The notes under the pieces were generated by a model. The model was not told the origin of the DNA and made no database searches. It was given only the letters and a program-made list of their open reading frames with translations. Position numbers and translations under genes: made by a program. A stretch of DNA of 64,000 nucleotides, from positions 32,001 through 96,000 of the forward strand of contig CBDBCR010000002.1 of NCBI GenBank assembly GCA_965203465.1, in the 5' to 3' direction. This DNA is from Nitrosopumilaceae archaeon. Its GTDB lineage: Archaea; Thermoproteota; Nitrososphaeria; Nitrososphaerales; Nitrosopumilaceae. Every line of letters begins with the position of its first letter. The first letter of the stretch is position 1. Positions 28,332 to 37,546 of this stretch are shown in pieces.

Positions 28332-29387
28332 GTGGGGCTAGCGCGGTTCGTCTCGGTACGGCTGGCTACGATGGCTGCGGTGCTGCTGGCCACGCTGCTG
28401 GTCACGGTGCTCGCGGTCGGCTCCAACATGGATTCGGTGCTGCAGCACGGGGTCGCCGTGCAGGTCCGCGCCGAGGTCTCGTCCAACCCGTCCATCGCGG
28501 CCGGCTTCGAGGACACGGCCGCCTTCGAGGCGTACGTGCAGGATCTGATAGACGCGCGCACCGCCGCGCTGGGCCTCGACGAGCCGTGGTACTCGCCGCA
28601 GAGGGTGGGGCCCACGATGTACCGGATACTGGTGCTCGACTTTGGGCACGCGACGTTCCTGACCGGCGATTCGGGCTCTACGGACGTGCGCGAGATAATC
28701 TACGAAAAGCTGCCGCGCACGGTCTTGCTCTTCACCACGGCCACCGTCGTGATATCGCTCATCGGGATATTCGCCGGGGCCTCTTCTGCCTCGCGGCCCG
28801 GCTCGCCCGCAGACAGGGCGACTTCGGCGTTTGCGGTGCTCAGCTCCAGCTTTCCGGTCTGGTGGGTGGGCCTCTTGATGATATTCGCGTTCTCGTTCAC
28901 CTACCAGGTGTTCCCGGCCCGCGCCACGCCGGATCTGCCGCCCGGCGATCCGGGGTACGTGCCGGCGCTACTCTACCACATGGCCCTGCCGCTCATCACC
29001 CTCGTGCTGATAGGGTTCGGCTCGTGGGCGTACCTGGTGCGCAACTTCATGGTGGGGATAATGCAGGAGGACTTTGTGGCCGCAAAGCGCGCGGCCGGCG
29101 TGCCCCGCAGGCGCCTGCTGTACCGGCACGCGCTGCGAAACGCCGCGCCGCCCATAGCCACGGTCATGGCGCTGAGCCTGTCCGGCTCGCTCGGCGGGGC
29201 CATAATAACCGAGGCCGTCTTCGACTGGCCCGGCATGGGGAGGCTGTACTTTGAGGCCATATCGGTCATGGACCTGCCCGTCATCATCGGCTCGACGTAC
29301 GTGCTGACCGCGTTCTTCCTTTCCAGCGTGCTGGCAGCCGACCTGCTCTACGGGTACCTCGACCCGCGCGTGAGGTCGGGGCGTTGA
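28332..29387 (+). CDS. dppB: Peptide/nickel ABC transporter permease
   Basis: LPRT, AKRAAGV..RRLLYRHALRNA, EAVFDWPGMG. Confidence 0.9.
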   Translation: MGLARFVSVRLATMAAVLLATLLVTVLAVGSNMDSVLQHGVAVQVRAEVSSNPSIAAGFEDTAAFEAYVQDLIDARTAALGLDEPWYSPQRVGPTMYRILVLDFGHATFLTGDSGSTDVREIIYEKLPRTVLLFTTATVVISLIGIFAGASSASRPGSPADRATSAFAVLSSSFPVWWVGLLMIFAFSFTYQVFPARATPDLPPGDPGYVPALLYHMALPLITLVLIGFGSWAYLVRNFMVGIMQEDFVAAKRAAGVPRRRLLYRHALRNAAPPIATVMALSLSGSLGGAIITEAVFDWPGMGRLYFEAISVMDLPVIIGSTYVLTAFFLSSVLAADLLYGYLDPRVRSGR

Positions 29388-30706
29388 GGCCGGCGCTTCT
29401 GCAAAGCCGCCAAGGCATCGCGGGCGCCGGCCTGCTGGCCGCGCTGACCGCGCTCTCGGCCCTGACCGTCGCCGCCGTGCCCCCCCAGGCCATGTCGGAC
29501 TGGAACGATCCGTCCGCCTGGCTTGGCTACCCCAAGGCGGCGATGCCCGCTTGGGCCAACGCCCTCCAAGCGGAGCGCGCGGCCGAACACCTGGTCGTCG
29601 ACGGGGCCGTCTCGGGCTCCGCCGGCGGGGCGCTTCACCACACGCTGGCCGTCCACCGCATCGACTTTGACTACGATTCGTACCCGGGCGGGTTCATGCA
29701 CGTGCTCGAGGCCGGCTACGGCGACCCGCCGCTCATGGTGCTCAGCGTCGAGCGGCCCGACGGGACTGAGCTGGAGCTGATGCGCTCGCAGCTGGCCCCG
29801 TCGCAGGCGCACGCGCAGCGCTCGTTCTCGACGGATCCGGCCGTGCGCAGCGGGCTGGCCATGCAGTCAGGAAAGCTAGGCTTCGATCCGTCCGGAATGG
29901 CGCCGGCCGAGGCGGTCTTTTCCGACGGCGAGGGCGTGCTAAAGGGCACGTACCTGTTCACTGCCCGGATCTTCTCGGAGGGGCCGCTGGAGGTGCGCTC
30001 CTCGTCGCTGGTGCTCGGCGGCAGGGCCTTCGGCCTGATGGGCACCGACGAGCTGCGCCGCGACCTCGCGATCGGGCTGCTGTGGGGGACACCGCTTGCG
30101 CTCTTTGTTGGCGTGACCGTCTCGGTGGGCTCGGTCGCCGCCGGCCTGGCCTACGGGCTGTACGCGGGGTACCGCGGCGGCCTGACCGACGAGGCGCTAA
30201 TGCGGGCCAACGACGTGGTGTACGCCCTGCCTGCCCTGCCCTTCCTGATAATACTGGCCGCGGCCGTGAGCACGAGCATATTCGTCATGGTCGGGTTTTT
30301 GATGCTGTTCGGGTGGGTCGGGATAGCCAAGGTGTCGCGGAGCATGGCCATGCAGCTGAGGACGCGCGGCTACGTAGAGGCCGCGCGCGCGATGGGGCAG
30401 CGCGACCGCGTCGTCATGCTGCGCCACATGCTGCCGCAGCTGCTCCCGTACGCGTTCGCCAGCATCGCCATATCGGTGCCGGCAGCCGTGACCACCGAGG
30501 CCGGCCTCAGCTTCCTCGGCCTCGGCGATCCGTCGTACCCCACGTGGGGGCAGATGCTGCACGACGCGAGCTCGTACGGGGCGGCCGCGCGCGGGCTGTG
30601 GTGGTGGGTGGTGCCGCCCGGCCTGATGATAGCCGTCACGGGGCTCGCGTTCGTGCTGATAGGGAACGCGCTCGACCCGGTGGCCAACCCGCGGCTCAGG
30701 AAATAG
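29384..30706 (+). CDS. dppC: Peptide/nickel ABC transporter permease
   Basis: MGTDELRRD, YVEAARAMG, EAGLSFLGLG, WGQML. Confidence 0.9.
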   Translation: MRPALLQSRQGIAGAGLLAALTALSALTVAAVPPQAMSDWNDPSAWLGYPKAAMPAWANALQAERAAEHLVVDGAVSGSAGGALHHTLAVHRIDFDYDSYPGGFMHVLEAGYGDPPLMVLSVERPDGTELELMRSQLAPSQAHAQRSFSTDPAVRSGLAMQSGKLGFDPSGMAPAEAVFSDGEGVLKGTYLFTARIFSEGPLEVRSSSLVLGGRAFGLMGTDELRRDLAIGLLWGTPLALFVGVTVSVGSVAAGLAYGLYAGYRGGLTDEALMRANDVVYALPALPFLIILAAAVSTSIFVMVGFLMLFGWVGIAKVSRSMAMQLRTRGYVEAARAMGQRDRVVMLRHMLPQLLPYAFASIAISVPAAVTTEAGLSFLGLGDPSYPTWGQMLHDASSYGAAARGLWWWVVPPGLMIAVTGLAFVLIGNALDPVANPRLRK

Positions 30707-31013
30707 ACGCGCGCAGGGATTCCAGCGCGCCGTCGGTCAGGCGCACCGTGTACGTGGCGCAGTCGGGATCCGCCCCCTTTAGTGCGGCGAGCCTCTCCGC
30801 GAATTCGGTCTTTTCCTTTTCGACCGCGCCGGCTTCGTGGGCGCATATGTTGAAGGGCTTTAGAACCATGCCGCCTGCGCGCAGCTTGCCGATGAACGTG
30901 CGGTACCCGTCGGTGTCGTCCCACCGCCGGCCGGCGTCCTCGCAGGCGGCTATCCAGACATCTATGCTGTTGTGGAACAGCACCTTTCTGCGCAGCGCCT
31001 CGAGCGACATCAA
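30696..31013 (-). CDS. Hypothetical protein
   Basis: Coupled to upstream ORF, normal composition. Confidence 0.7.
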   Translation of the reverse strand: MMSLEALRRKVLFHNSIDVWIAACEDAGRRWDDTDGYRTFIGKLRAGGMVLKPFNICAHEAGAVEKEKTEFAERLAALKGADPDCATYTVRLTDGALESLRASIS

Positions 31014-31330
31014 AAGTCAGCCCGCTGCATCTTGGAGCCGCACCTCGGGCACGAGCCGCCCCGGTGCTTGTGGTTGCACGCGAGGCAGACGTATCTTACG
31101 CTGCTGCCGCCGCCCTGCCCCATGCCGAAGAACCCGCCCAGCCCGGTGCCCTGCCCGGAGCCGTAGCCGCGCATCCTGCTCATGTACCTGCGCCTCATGA
31201 ACATGGGGAACGCGATGAACAGGGCCAGGGCTATGACAAGGCCGTACGGAAAGGGCAGTATGATCTGGAGGCCTATGCTTATGGCAAGGGAGGCGAACAG
31301 GAATATGAGGTGGCCCTTGTAGCTGAGCAA
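31010..31330 (-). CDS. Small membrane protein with C-terminal Zn ribbon
   Basis: Two TM helices, Gly-rich linker, CLAC...CPRC. Confidence 0.75.
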   Translation of the reverse strand: MLSYKGHLIFLFASLAISIGLQIILPFPYGLVIALALFIAFPMFMRRRYMSRMRGYGSGQGTGLGGFFGMGQGGGSSVRYVCLACNHKHRGGSCPRCGSKMQRADF

Positions 31331-31471
31331 CGCCCGTCGGGACGGCTGAAAACATAAAAAGATTGCGAAGCGCCGATCCTTACGGTGGCAAGTTCCGGGC
31401 GCGCCGGCAGGGACGGCGGTTCGGCAACGCCGCCTTGAAGGTATATAAGAGATTACCGCGAGGCGCACACG

Positions 31472-32179
31472 GTGAAGCACGCGCAGATGGTGGCGAGCGG
31501 GACGGTTCAAGGCGTCGCGTTCCGTTATCAGACAAGCATGATCGCACGGAAATTGGGCTTGACTGGGCACGTCAAAAACTTGGACGACGGCACGGTGGAG
31601 ATAGTGTGCGAGGGCGGCCAGGACGCCATAGATGCGCTGATTGAAAGTATACGCGTCTTGGCGCCGCCCATAGAAGTTCGGGATGTACAGACCACGTACT
31701 CTGACGCCAAAGGTCTCACAAAATTCGAAATAATCGCGGGCGACCTCGCACAGGAAATGGTTGCGGGGTTTGGAACCGGAGCAGCGTACATAAACAAGAT
31801 GCTGGAAAAGCAGGACAAGACGCTTGACGAGATACGGAGCATTGGAGAAAGGCAGGACAAGACGCTGGAAAAGCAGGACAAGACGCTTGACGAGATACGG
31901 AGCATTGGAGAAAGGCAGGACAAGACGCTGGAAAAGCAGGACAAGACGCTTGACGAGATACGGAGCATTGGAGAAAGGCAGGACAAGACGCTTGACGAGA
32001 TACGGAGCATTGGAGAAAGGCAGGACAAGACGCTTGACGAGATACGGAGCATTGGAGAAAGGCAGGACAAGACGCTTGACGTGATACACGGTCTTGTGAA
32101 AAACCAGGCTAGGATGTTGGAAAGGCAGGACGAGACGACCACGGCGGTACGAGACCTTCATCGACGCTTACGCGCATGA
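31472..32179 (+). CDS. acyP: Acylphosphatase with tandem-repeat coiled-coil extension
   Basis: GTVQGVAFR, GHVKNLDDGTVE; DKTLDEIRSIGERQ and DKTLEKQ repeats. Confidence 0.88.
   Translation: MKHAQMVASGTVQGVAFRYQTSMIARKLGLTGHVKNLDDGTVEIVCEGGQDAIDALIESIRVLAPPIEVRDVQTTYSDAKGLTKFEIIAGDLAQEMVAGFGTGAAYINKMLEKQDKTLDEIRSIGERQDKTLEKQDKTLDEIRSIGERQDKTLEKQDKTLDEIRSIGERQDKTLDEIRSIGERQDKTLDEIRSIGERQDKTLDVIHGLVKNQARMLERQDETTTAVRDLHRRLRA
31802..32080 (+). repeat. Perfect 42-bp/21-bp coding tandem repeat (L-S-L-S-L-L-L)
   Basis: CAGGACAAGACGCTTGACGAGATACGGAGCATTGGAGAAAGG x5; CAGGACAAGACGCTGGAAAAG x2. Confidence 0.95.
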
Positions 32180-32278
32180 TGGATTTCATGTTCACAAAAC
32201 TCGAAAAAGACGTATCCTAGACAAAAGCGCGGTTTGCAAACTAGCGGAGGGCGCGTGCCCGGAAACGGCGTACCGGCG

Positions 32279-32677
32279 CTATTCGAACTCCACCGGTATG
32301 GCCTTGCCGTCCCTGTCCCACGCGAATATGTCTTCGTCCTCGTAGGGGGCCTGCACTATCACTGAGGCGAGGCCGAAAAAGTTGTGCAGGTCAGCTATGG
32401 ACGGGCGCGCGCTGCCGCGCGGGTGCGAGTGCATGGTGGCCACGTAGCTGCTGTCGAACGGCAGGAACGAGTGGGGGAACCCGGCGAACGTGGTGCCCGT
32501 CTCGGCGAACGGTGGTATCACTAGGTCGCGCACGTGCACCTGCCCGTTCTTGTACCTGCCCTTCAGTATCAGTATCGACTCATGAGGGTGGTTCATCTTG
32601 CAGTACGTGATTATGCCGTCGCGGGCCTTTTCTGCAATCAATATCTTGCGCTCTTCCTTGCGGCGCCTGAAGAGCAT
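32279..32677 (-). CDS. JAMM/MPN+ metalloprotease
   Basis: HPHE, HSHP...PSIAD. Confidence 0.9.
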   Translation of the reverse strand: MLFRRRKEERKILIAEKARDGIITYCKMNHPHESILILKGRYKNGQVHVRDLVIPPFAETGTTFAGFPHSFLPFDSSYVATMHSHPRGSARPSIADLHNFFGLASVIVQAPYEDEDIFAWDRDGKAIPVEFE

Positions 32678-32901
32678 GGTGCCGCGCGGCGTTGCACCTA
32701 AATATATGTCAGCCCCGCACTACAGTTAACCCAAAAGTTCCTCCGACGAGCGGATAATTTCCGATCGCGAATCGGTCAAAATGAGCAAAACGGCGGCGAT
32801 CTCCAAAAGTCGGGCTAGTCCGGTTCCGTACTGATCGCGGCCCGAGCAGGCCGGCGCGCAGTGCCCCCGCCCGTCCCGGGCCGTCTTGTCGGATTCCAGG
32901 A

Positions 32902-34072
32902 TCAGCCGGGCGGCCCGGGTCCGGACTGCAGAAAGAACAGCATCGCCGCCAGCGCCGAGCGCAGCGGGATCACCGGCTCCGGTTCCTGCACGGCGCAGGC
33001 CATGCGGTGCAGCGCGTCTATGACGATCCACACGTTAGAAGTCATGCGTAATTACTCTCAGTTTGCGTATCCGTGCCTAGAAAACGCGAACGTGGGCGTT
33101 TACGCATGACTTCTGTTGAATAGCATCATCGTCAGCGCCATGTACGGCACCCTCGGGCCGTGGCGGCTGCTGCGCGTCTTGGCCCTGGCGTCTTCTATCT
33201 GCCTGTACCAGGTCTCGATGCACCAGCGCTTGGCGTACTCGGCAACGTCGAGTTCGGGATCGCTGGTAGCGAACGCGATGTATTTTTCCCACGGCTCGTA
33301 CTATTCGTCCTCTTTTTTCTTGCGCTTGGCCCTGCGCTGCACGATGATCATGTCGTACTCGCACTCGTCCTTGGCCGTGCGGGGTGTTGGGGCACGGCAT
33401 GATCCACTTAAGGTCGGCCTTTTGCAGACACGAAATGACGGCCGTGGAGAACCCGCGGTCGAGCGTCAGCACGCCTATCCGGAGGCCGTGGCCGGCGCAT
33501 ATTTCGAGAAGTTTGGAGACTGCCTCTGCGTGCGTCTGGTTCGGCATGTACGGGATCATGCCCACGATGAGCCTCTGGCCGGCCACGACGCACTGGATCG
33601 TGGCGTACGTCTCGTAGAACGCCTTTGTCATACTCTTCTTGTCGCCGCCGCGTATCAGCTCCTTGGGCTTTTTGTCGTACCTCTTGATGCAGTGGAAGTC
33701 GATGGCCATGTCTATCCTGCCCTTCAGCAGGCCGCGCTTTCGGAGCTCCGCCGCCAGTTCTTCGACGAACAGGTCGAGCAGCTCGACTGCCTCCGCCGAG
33801 ACTCCGGCCGTGCGCAGCCACTCGCCTGACGGCACGTCTGCCCGTTGCTTCGCGGCCAGCGCGGCGTGCCTGCGGGCCTCGGACACCGAGGCGACGTTCT
33901 TGCCGCCGGTAGCGGCCAGCACGATGTAGCGGGCAACGTCCCTGGGGCCGTACTTGGCGTTGGGCGCGGCCGAGAACCCCGGGCGGCCCACGGCCTCGGC
34001 GAACTCGCCCATCATCCGTTCATATGTGGGGCGGTCGCCCCTCCGAGCTCGTCCCGGGCGGTTCCTTTTCAT
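32902..34072 (-). pseudogene. DDE transposase pseudogene
   Basis: AIDFH, YATI, LDRGF, RWCIETWYR, LFNVW; frameshift near 33378, TAG at 33301-33303, MITE insertion. Confidence 0.9.
33037..33114. mobile_element. 78-bp MITE nested in the transposase
   Basis: Perfect 15-bp TIR AGAAGTCATGCGTAA; GTT duplicated at 33034-36 and 33115-17. Confidence 0.9.
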
Positions 34073-34178
34073 GTCCGTTAAGGCGTCGTCCGGGGACGGC
34101 CGTTTTTGGATCTTTCGGTGGGCCCTGCCGGCGATCGATTTTCGTGTCCGATCAGCCTACTTTTGGGTTAACTGAAAG

Positions 34179-34200
34179 TCAAGACGATCGATCGTCTTGA
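34179..34200. repeat. Perfect 22-bp palindrome
   Basis: TCAAGACGATCGATCGTCTTGA. Confidence 0.85.
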
Positions 34201-34406
34201 AATTTCAGAATCAATCGTGATCCATCTGCTGTACGGAACCGACTCCGACAGATCCGCTAGAACGGATTGTGGCGGCTGTTCCAAATACCGCCGACGGGGC
34301 GGCGGCAGGAGCGGTCGCTACCGGCGTGTCTTGGTCGGGGAAAACTTCGGAAGCGCGGGGGATGGCTCGTGGCGCCGCCCGTACACTATGCGACGAGATC
34401 GGCATC

Positions 34407-35327
34407 CTAGCGTGCGTTCCAGACGCCGGGGTACCAGGCATCGGCCTGTGCCCGCATCTCGCGTAGCCCGTCGGAGGCCCCCGGCAGGACGACGCCCATC
34501 TCCGAGGCGATCCGAGAACTGTCGAGGCACGCGTACGGCGGGCGCCTCGCAAGCTGCCTCAGAGCCGAGCTCTTGACGGGGATCAGCACGGCCGGATCGT
34601 ACCCGAACGCCTCGGCGGCCTTTGCGGCCAGCGAGTACCTGCTCTCGCACGAGGCGCCGGCAGCGTGGTACAGCCCGCCGCCTGAGCGGGCCACCGAGAG
34701 CAGCGCGCCTGCGAGCGAGTCTGCTAGCGTGGGCGTGACGAACTGATCGTCCACGATGCGCGGGCGGCCCTCGCCGCGCAGCGACTGTAGCACCCAGAGA
34801 ACAAAGCCGTGGTGCCTGCCGGCGCCCGGCTCGCGCAGAACCGACGGGGACAGGCCGTACACCACGCCCGTCCTCACTACGGAATGCCCGCGCGCCAAAA
34901 CCTGCCTTTCCCCCTCGGCCTTTGTGGCGCCGTACGCGTTGAGCGGAGACGGCTCGTCGTTTTCAGAGTACGGCTCCTTCTTCGAGCCGTCAAATACGTA
35001 GTCGGTCGAGATGTGCACGAGCCTGGCCCCGGCATCCGAGCACAACTCGGCCAGCGCGCCGGCGGCTTTTGCGTTGAGAAGCCAGGCCTCGCCCGCGTGC
35101 GACTCGCAATAGTCGACGTTGTGGAGCGCGGCCGTGTTGACCACCGCATCGGGGGACTCGTCTGAGAGGATCTTTTTCACGGCCGCCGCGTCGCGCAGGT
35201 CTGCCCTTACCGTCCTGCACGGGGAGCCTCCCGGAAAGGCGTTGTGCGTGCCGACGGCCTCGGATCCGGCGGCCAGGGCCGTCTTGTACCCGACTAGCCC
35301 GCTCGAGCCTATGACCATGACCTTCAC
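34407..35327 (-). CDS. rfbD: dTDP-4-dehydrorhamnose reductase-like SDR
   Basis: GSSGLVG, HISTDYVFDG, YGATK, DQFVTPT. Confidence 0.9.
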   Translation of the reverse strand: MKVMVIGSSGLVGYKTALAAGSEAVGTHNAFPGGSPCRTVRADLRDAAAVKKILSDESPDAVVNTAALHNVDYCESHAGEAWLLNAKAAGALAELCSDAGARLVHISTDYVFDGSKKEPYSENDEPSPLNAYGATKAEGERQVLARGHSVVRTGVVYGLSPSVLREPGAGRHHGFVLWVLQSLRGEGRPRIVDDQFVTPTLADSLAGALLSVARSGGGLYHAAGASCESRYSLAAKAAEAFGYDPAVLIPVKSSALRQLARRPPYACLDSSRIASEMGVVLPGASDGLREMRAQADAWYPGVWNAR

Positions 35328-35401
35328 GCCCGGCGGGGCCGGGCGCGCCCGATATAACGTGTGCCGGCAACGCTTAAAGCGGCTCGGTCCGGCATGGCCC
35401 C

Positions 35402-35677
35402 GTGGACAAGATACGCTGCTCGCACATACTGGTCAAAAAGCAGGGCGAGGCGCTGGCCGCGCTGGACCGCCTCGCAAAGGGCGAAAAGTTCGCAAAGCTC
35501 GCGCGCGAGCTCTCGCTGGACTCGGGCAGCGCGCGGCGCGACGGCAGCCTTGGGTATTTCGGGCGCGGCAAGATGGTAAAGCCGTTCGAAGAGGCCGCGT
35601 TCGCGCTCTCCGTCGGCCAGGTCTCGCAGCCTGTAAAGACCGAGTACGGGTACCACGTCATAAAGCGGTTCGCCTAG
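35402..35677 (+). CDS. ppiC: Parvulin-type peptidyl-prolyl isomerase
   Basis: [32 protein letters not shown]. Confidence 0.96.
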   Translation: MDKIRCSHILVKKQGEALAALDRLAKGEKFAKLARELSLDSGSARRDGSLGYFGRGKMVKPFEEAAFALSVGQVSQPVKTEYGYHVIKRFA

Positions 35678-35689
35678 GCCCGTCCGGAT

Positions 35690-35912
35690 GCGCGGGAAGC
35701 CAGCTGTTTCTTACCGTGGCGCACTGCACGTGTGCGTGTAATCTACGTCTGCTGGGAGCTGCCTGCCCAGATCAACCTCGAGGGGGTCAGGATCTGCCCT
35801 ACATCAAGCACGAGATCGTACCCGGTAGGAATAGTGGCGGCGGCCAAAGGCTAGCGCAAGGCCAGCAGACGCAAATCACACGCATCCGCCCGAACATTGA
35901 ATTTTCCCGCGC
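35690..35912 (-). ncRNA. Unassigned structured RNA candidate (~225 nt)
   Basis: Terminal stem, 23-bp helix and two apical hairpins; plus-strand C-A mismatches become G-U pairs on the minus strand. Confidence 0.6.
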
Positions 35913-35959
35913 CTTTTCTGTACACGGCACGGCGGCCGCCGAGTACCTTGCCGCTCCGC

Positions 35960-37384
35960 CTAGAGCGTCTGCTGAATGCCGCGCGCCACGCGCTCGCCCA
36001 TGCCCTTCGAGGCGCCCACGCGCCTGTACCCTATCCAGTGGTAGGCCTCGTCCACGGTACCCTCGGCCATTAGCACCACCATCCTGCCGCTGTCCTTCCT
36101 GCCGGTCCTGCCGCGCCGCTGCACGTACCTTATGGAGCTGGGCGTGTTGTCGTAAAAGACCACCAGGCTGACCTCCGAGATATCGAGGCCCTCCTCGCCC
36201 ACGCGCGTGGCCACCATGACGGGGTACTCGCCGTCGCGGAAGCGCCTGACGGCCTCTACCTGCTTTGCCTGCTTGAGGCCCGTCTCGCCGGCCTTGCCTA
36301 TGAGCATACCAGACTCTATGCCGGCCTCGGCGAGCTTTGCGCGTATCGCGTCCACCGAGTCGCGAAAGCTGGAAAAGACCAGCGCCCTGCCCTCCAGGCC
36401 CGAGAGTATCCGGACAAGCTCGGGTATCTTTGGGTGCTCCAGCCCGCCGCGCCGCGCATCGTCGGCCAGCCCCACGGCCCGCGCAAAGTCGGGATCCTCG
36501 AACAGATCCCGGGCGCCCTTTGCGCGCGCCCTCTGGCAGTACTTTGCGAACGCGGTGGTCCCGTGCGCCTCGAGCAGGGCCAGGGCCTGGTGTATCCGTA
36601 TGGCCGAAAAGAGCGGCTTTATGGCGGCCTTGCGCTCCTCTAGCACGCGCGGCCGCATCCTGAGCAGCGACGAGAGGTTGCGCTCGGGCATGACGCCGGC
36701 TGCCCGCATCCGGTCGTACCTCTTGTCCAGCGCCTTCTTGACCGACGCCTGCATGGCGGCCATCTCGGGGGGCAGGCGCACCTTTACTATCTCGGTGCGG
36801 GTCTTGTGGACGTACGGGGCCACGTCGGGGCTGTCGTCCCTCCTCTGCGCCACCGAGGCTATGCGCAGCGTGGTCATTATCTTGGTGGCCTTTTGTATGT
36901 CGCTTGGCAGCGTGGCCGTCATGCCCACCACCCTCACGGAGGGCGGCAGCGCGCCGGCGATGGCGCTGTACGCATAGTCGCCGACGGTGCGGTGCGCCTC
37001 GTCGAATACGGCAAGCGAGAGCTGGCCCAGGTCAAGGATGCCCCTGCCTATGTCGTTGCGGGCTATCTCGGGGGTGGCGCAGACCACGCTGGCGGCCCAC
37101 GCCTTTTCCCGCTTTTTTTCGGGATCCTCGCCGGTCACCAGCGATATGTCCGATATGGTCAGCCTGGAGGACAGGAACTCGTGGTGCTGCCCGGCCAGCA
37201 CCCGCGTGGGGGCCAGAAACAGCGCGCCGCCCTTTTCGAGCATCCTGTCTATGACCAGCAGCGCGACCGCCGTCTTGCCCAGGCCGGTGGGCAGTACCAC
37301 CATGCAGTTTTCCGAGACGGCCTGGGCCGCCATGTCCTGCTGGTACCTGCGGGCCTCGATCGCCCCCTCCTTGAGGAACCGCAC
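35960..37384 (-). CDS. Hef/FANCM-like SF2 helicase (no nuclease domain)
   Basis: EARRYQ, PTGLGKT, DEAH, TAT, QRRGRTGR. Confidence 0.92.
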   Translation of the reverse strand: MRFLKEGAIEARRYQQDMAAQAVSENCMVVLPTGLGKTAVALLVIDRMLEKGGALFLAPTRVLAGQHHEFLSSRLTISDISLVTGEDPEKKREKAWAASVVCATPEIARNDIGRGILDLGQLSLAVFDEAHRTVGDYAYSAIAGALPPSVRVVGMTATLPSDIQKATKIMTTLRIASVAQRRDDSPDVAPYVHKTRTEIVKVRLPPEMAAMQASVKKALDKRYDRMRAAGVMPERNLSSLLRMRPRVLEERKAAIKPLFSAIRIHQALALLEAHGTTAFAKYCQRARAKGARDLFEDPDFARAVGLADDARRGGLEHPKIPELVRILSGLEGRALVFSSFRDSVDAIRAKLAEAGIESGMLIGKAGETGLKQAKQVEAVRRFRDGEYPVMVATRVGEEGLDISEVSLVVFYDNTPSSIRYVQRRGRTGRKDSGRMVVLMAEGTVDEAYHWIGYRRVGASKGMGERVARGIQQTL

Positions 37385-37459
37385 CGGGAGGGGCCGGCCG
37401 GCGCTGCAATATAAGCGCGGCCCAATCATAATAAAGGGAGGGGGCGTGGGGCCGCCGCA

Positions 37460-37546
37460 ATGAGCCAAGACTTCAAGGCGATAGGGTACGCGCTGATCGG
37501 CCTGACGGCGCTGGCCGCCGGCTGGGCGTTCTACTCGTACACGTGA
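37460..37546 (+). CDS. 28-aa single-TM peptide (not in ORF track)
   Basis: MSQDFKAIGYALIGLTALAAGWAFYSYT; stop overlaps start of dCMP deaminase. Confidence 0.55.
   Translation: MSQDFKAIGYALIGLTALAAGWAFYSYT

Larger units (their letters stand above)
32723..34174 (-). mobile_element. Decayed ISH3-like insertion sequence
   Basis: Perfect 16-bp TIR CAGTTAACCCAAAAGT (32723-32738 / 34159-34174) around a DDE transposase. Confidence 0.92.

Noticed and set aside
31010-32161. 383-aa minus-strand repeat protein
   Set aside because: Antisense reading of the acylphosphatase repeat; only the last 106 aa form a plausible gene
35690-35912. SRP RNA, RNase P RNA, 5S rRNA or tRNA
   Set aside because: No CAGG-GNRA-AGC helix 8, no P4 signature, no 5S or T-loop consensus recognisable on either strand
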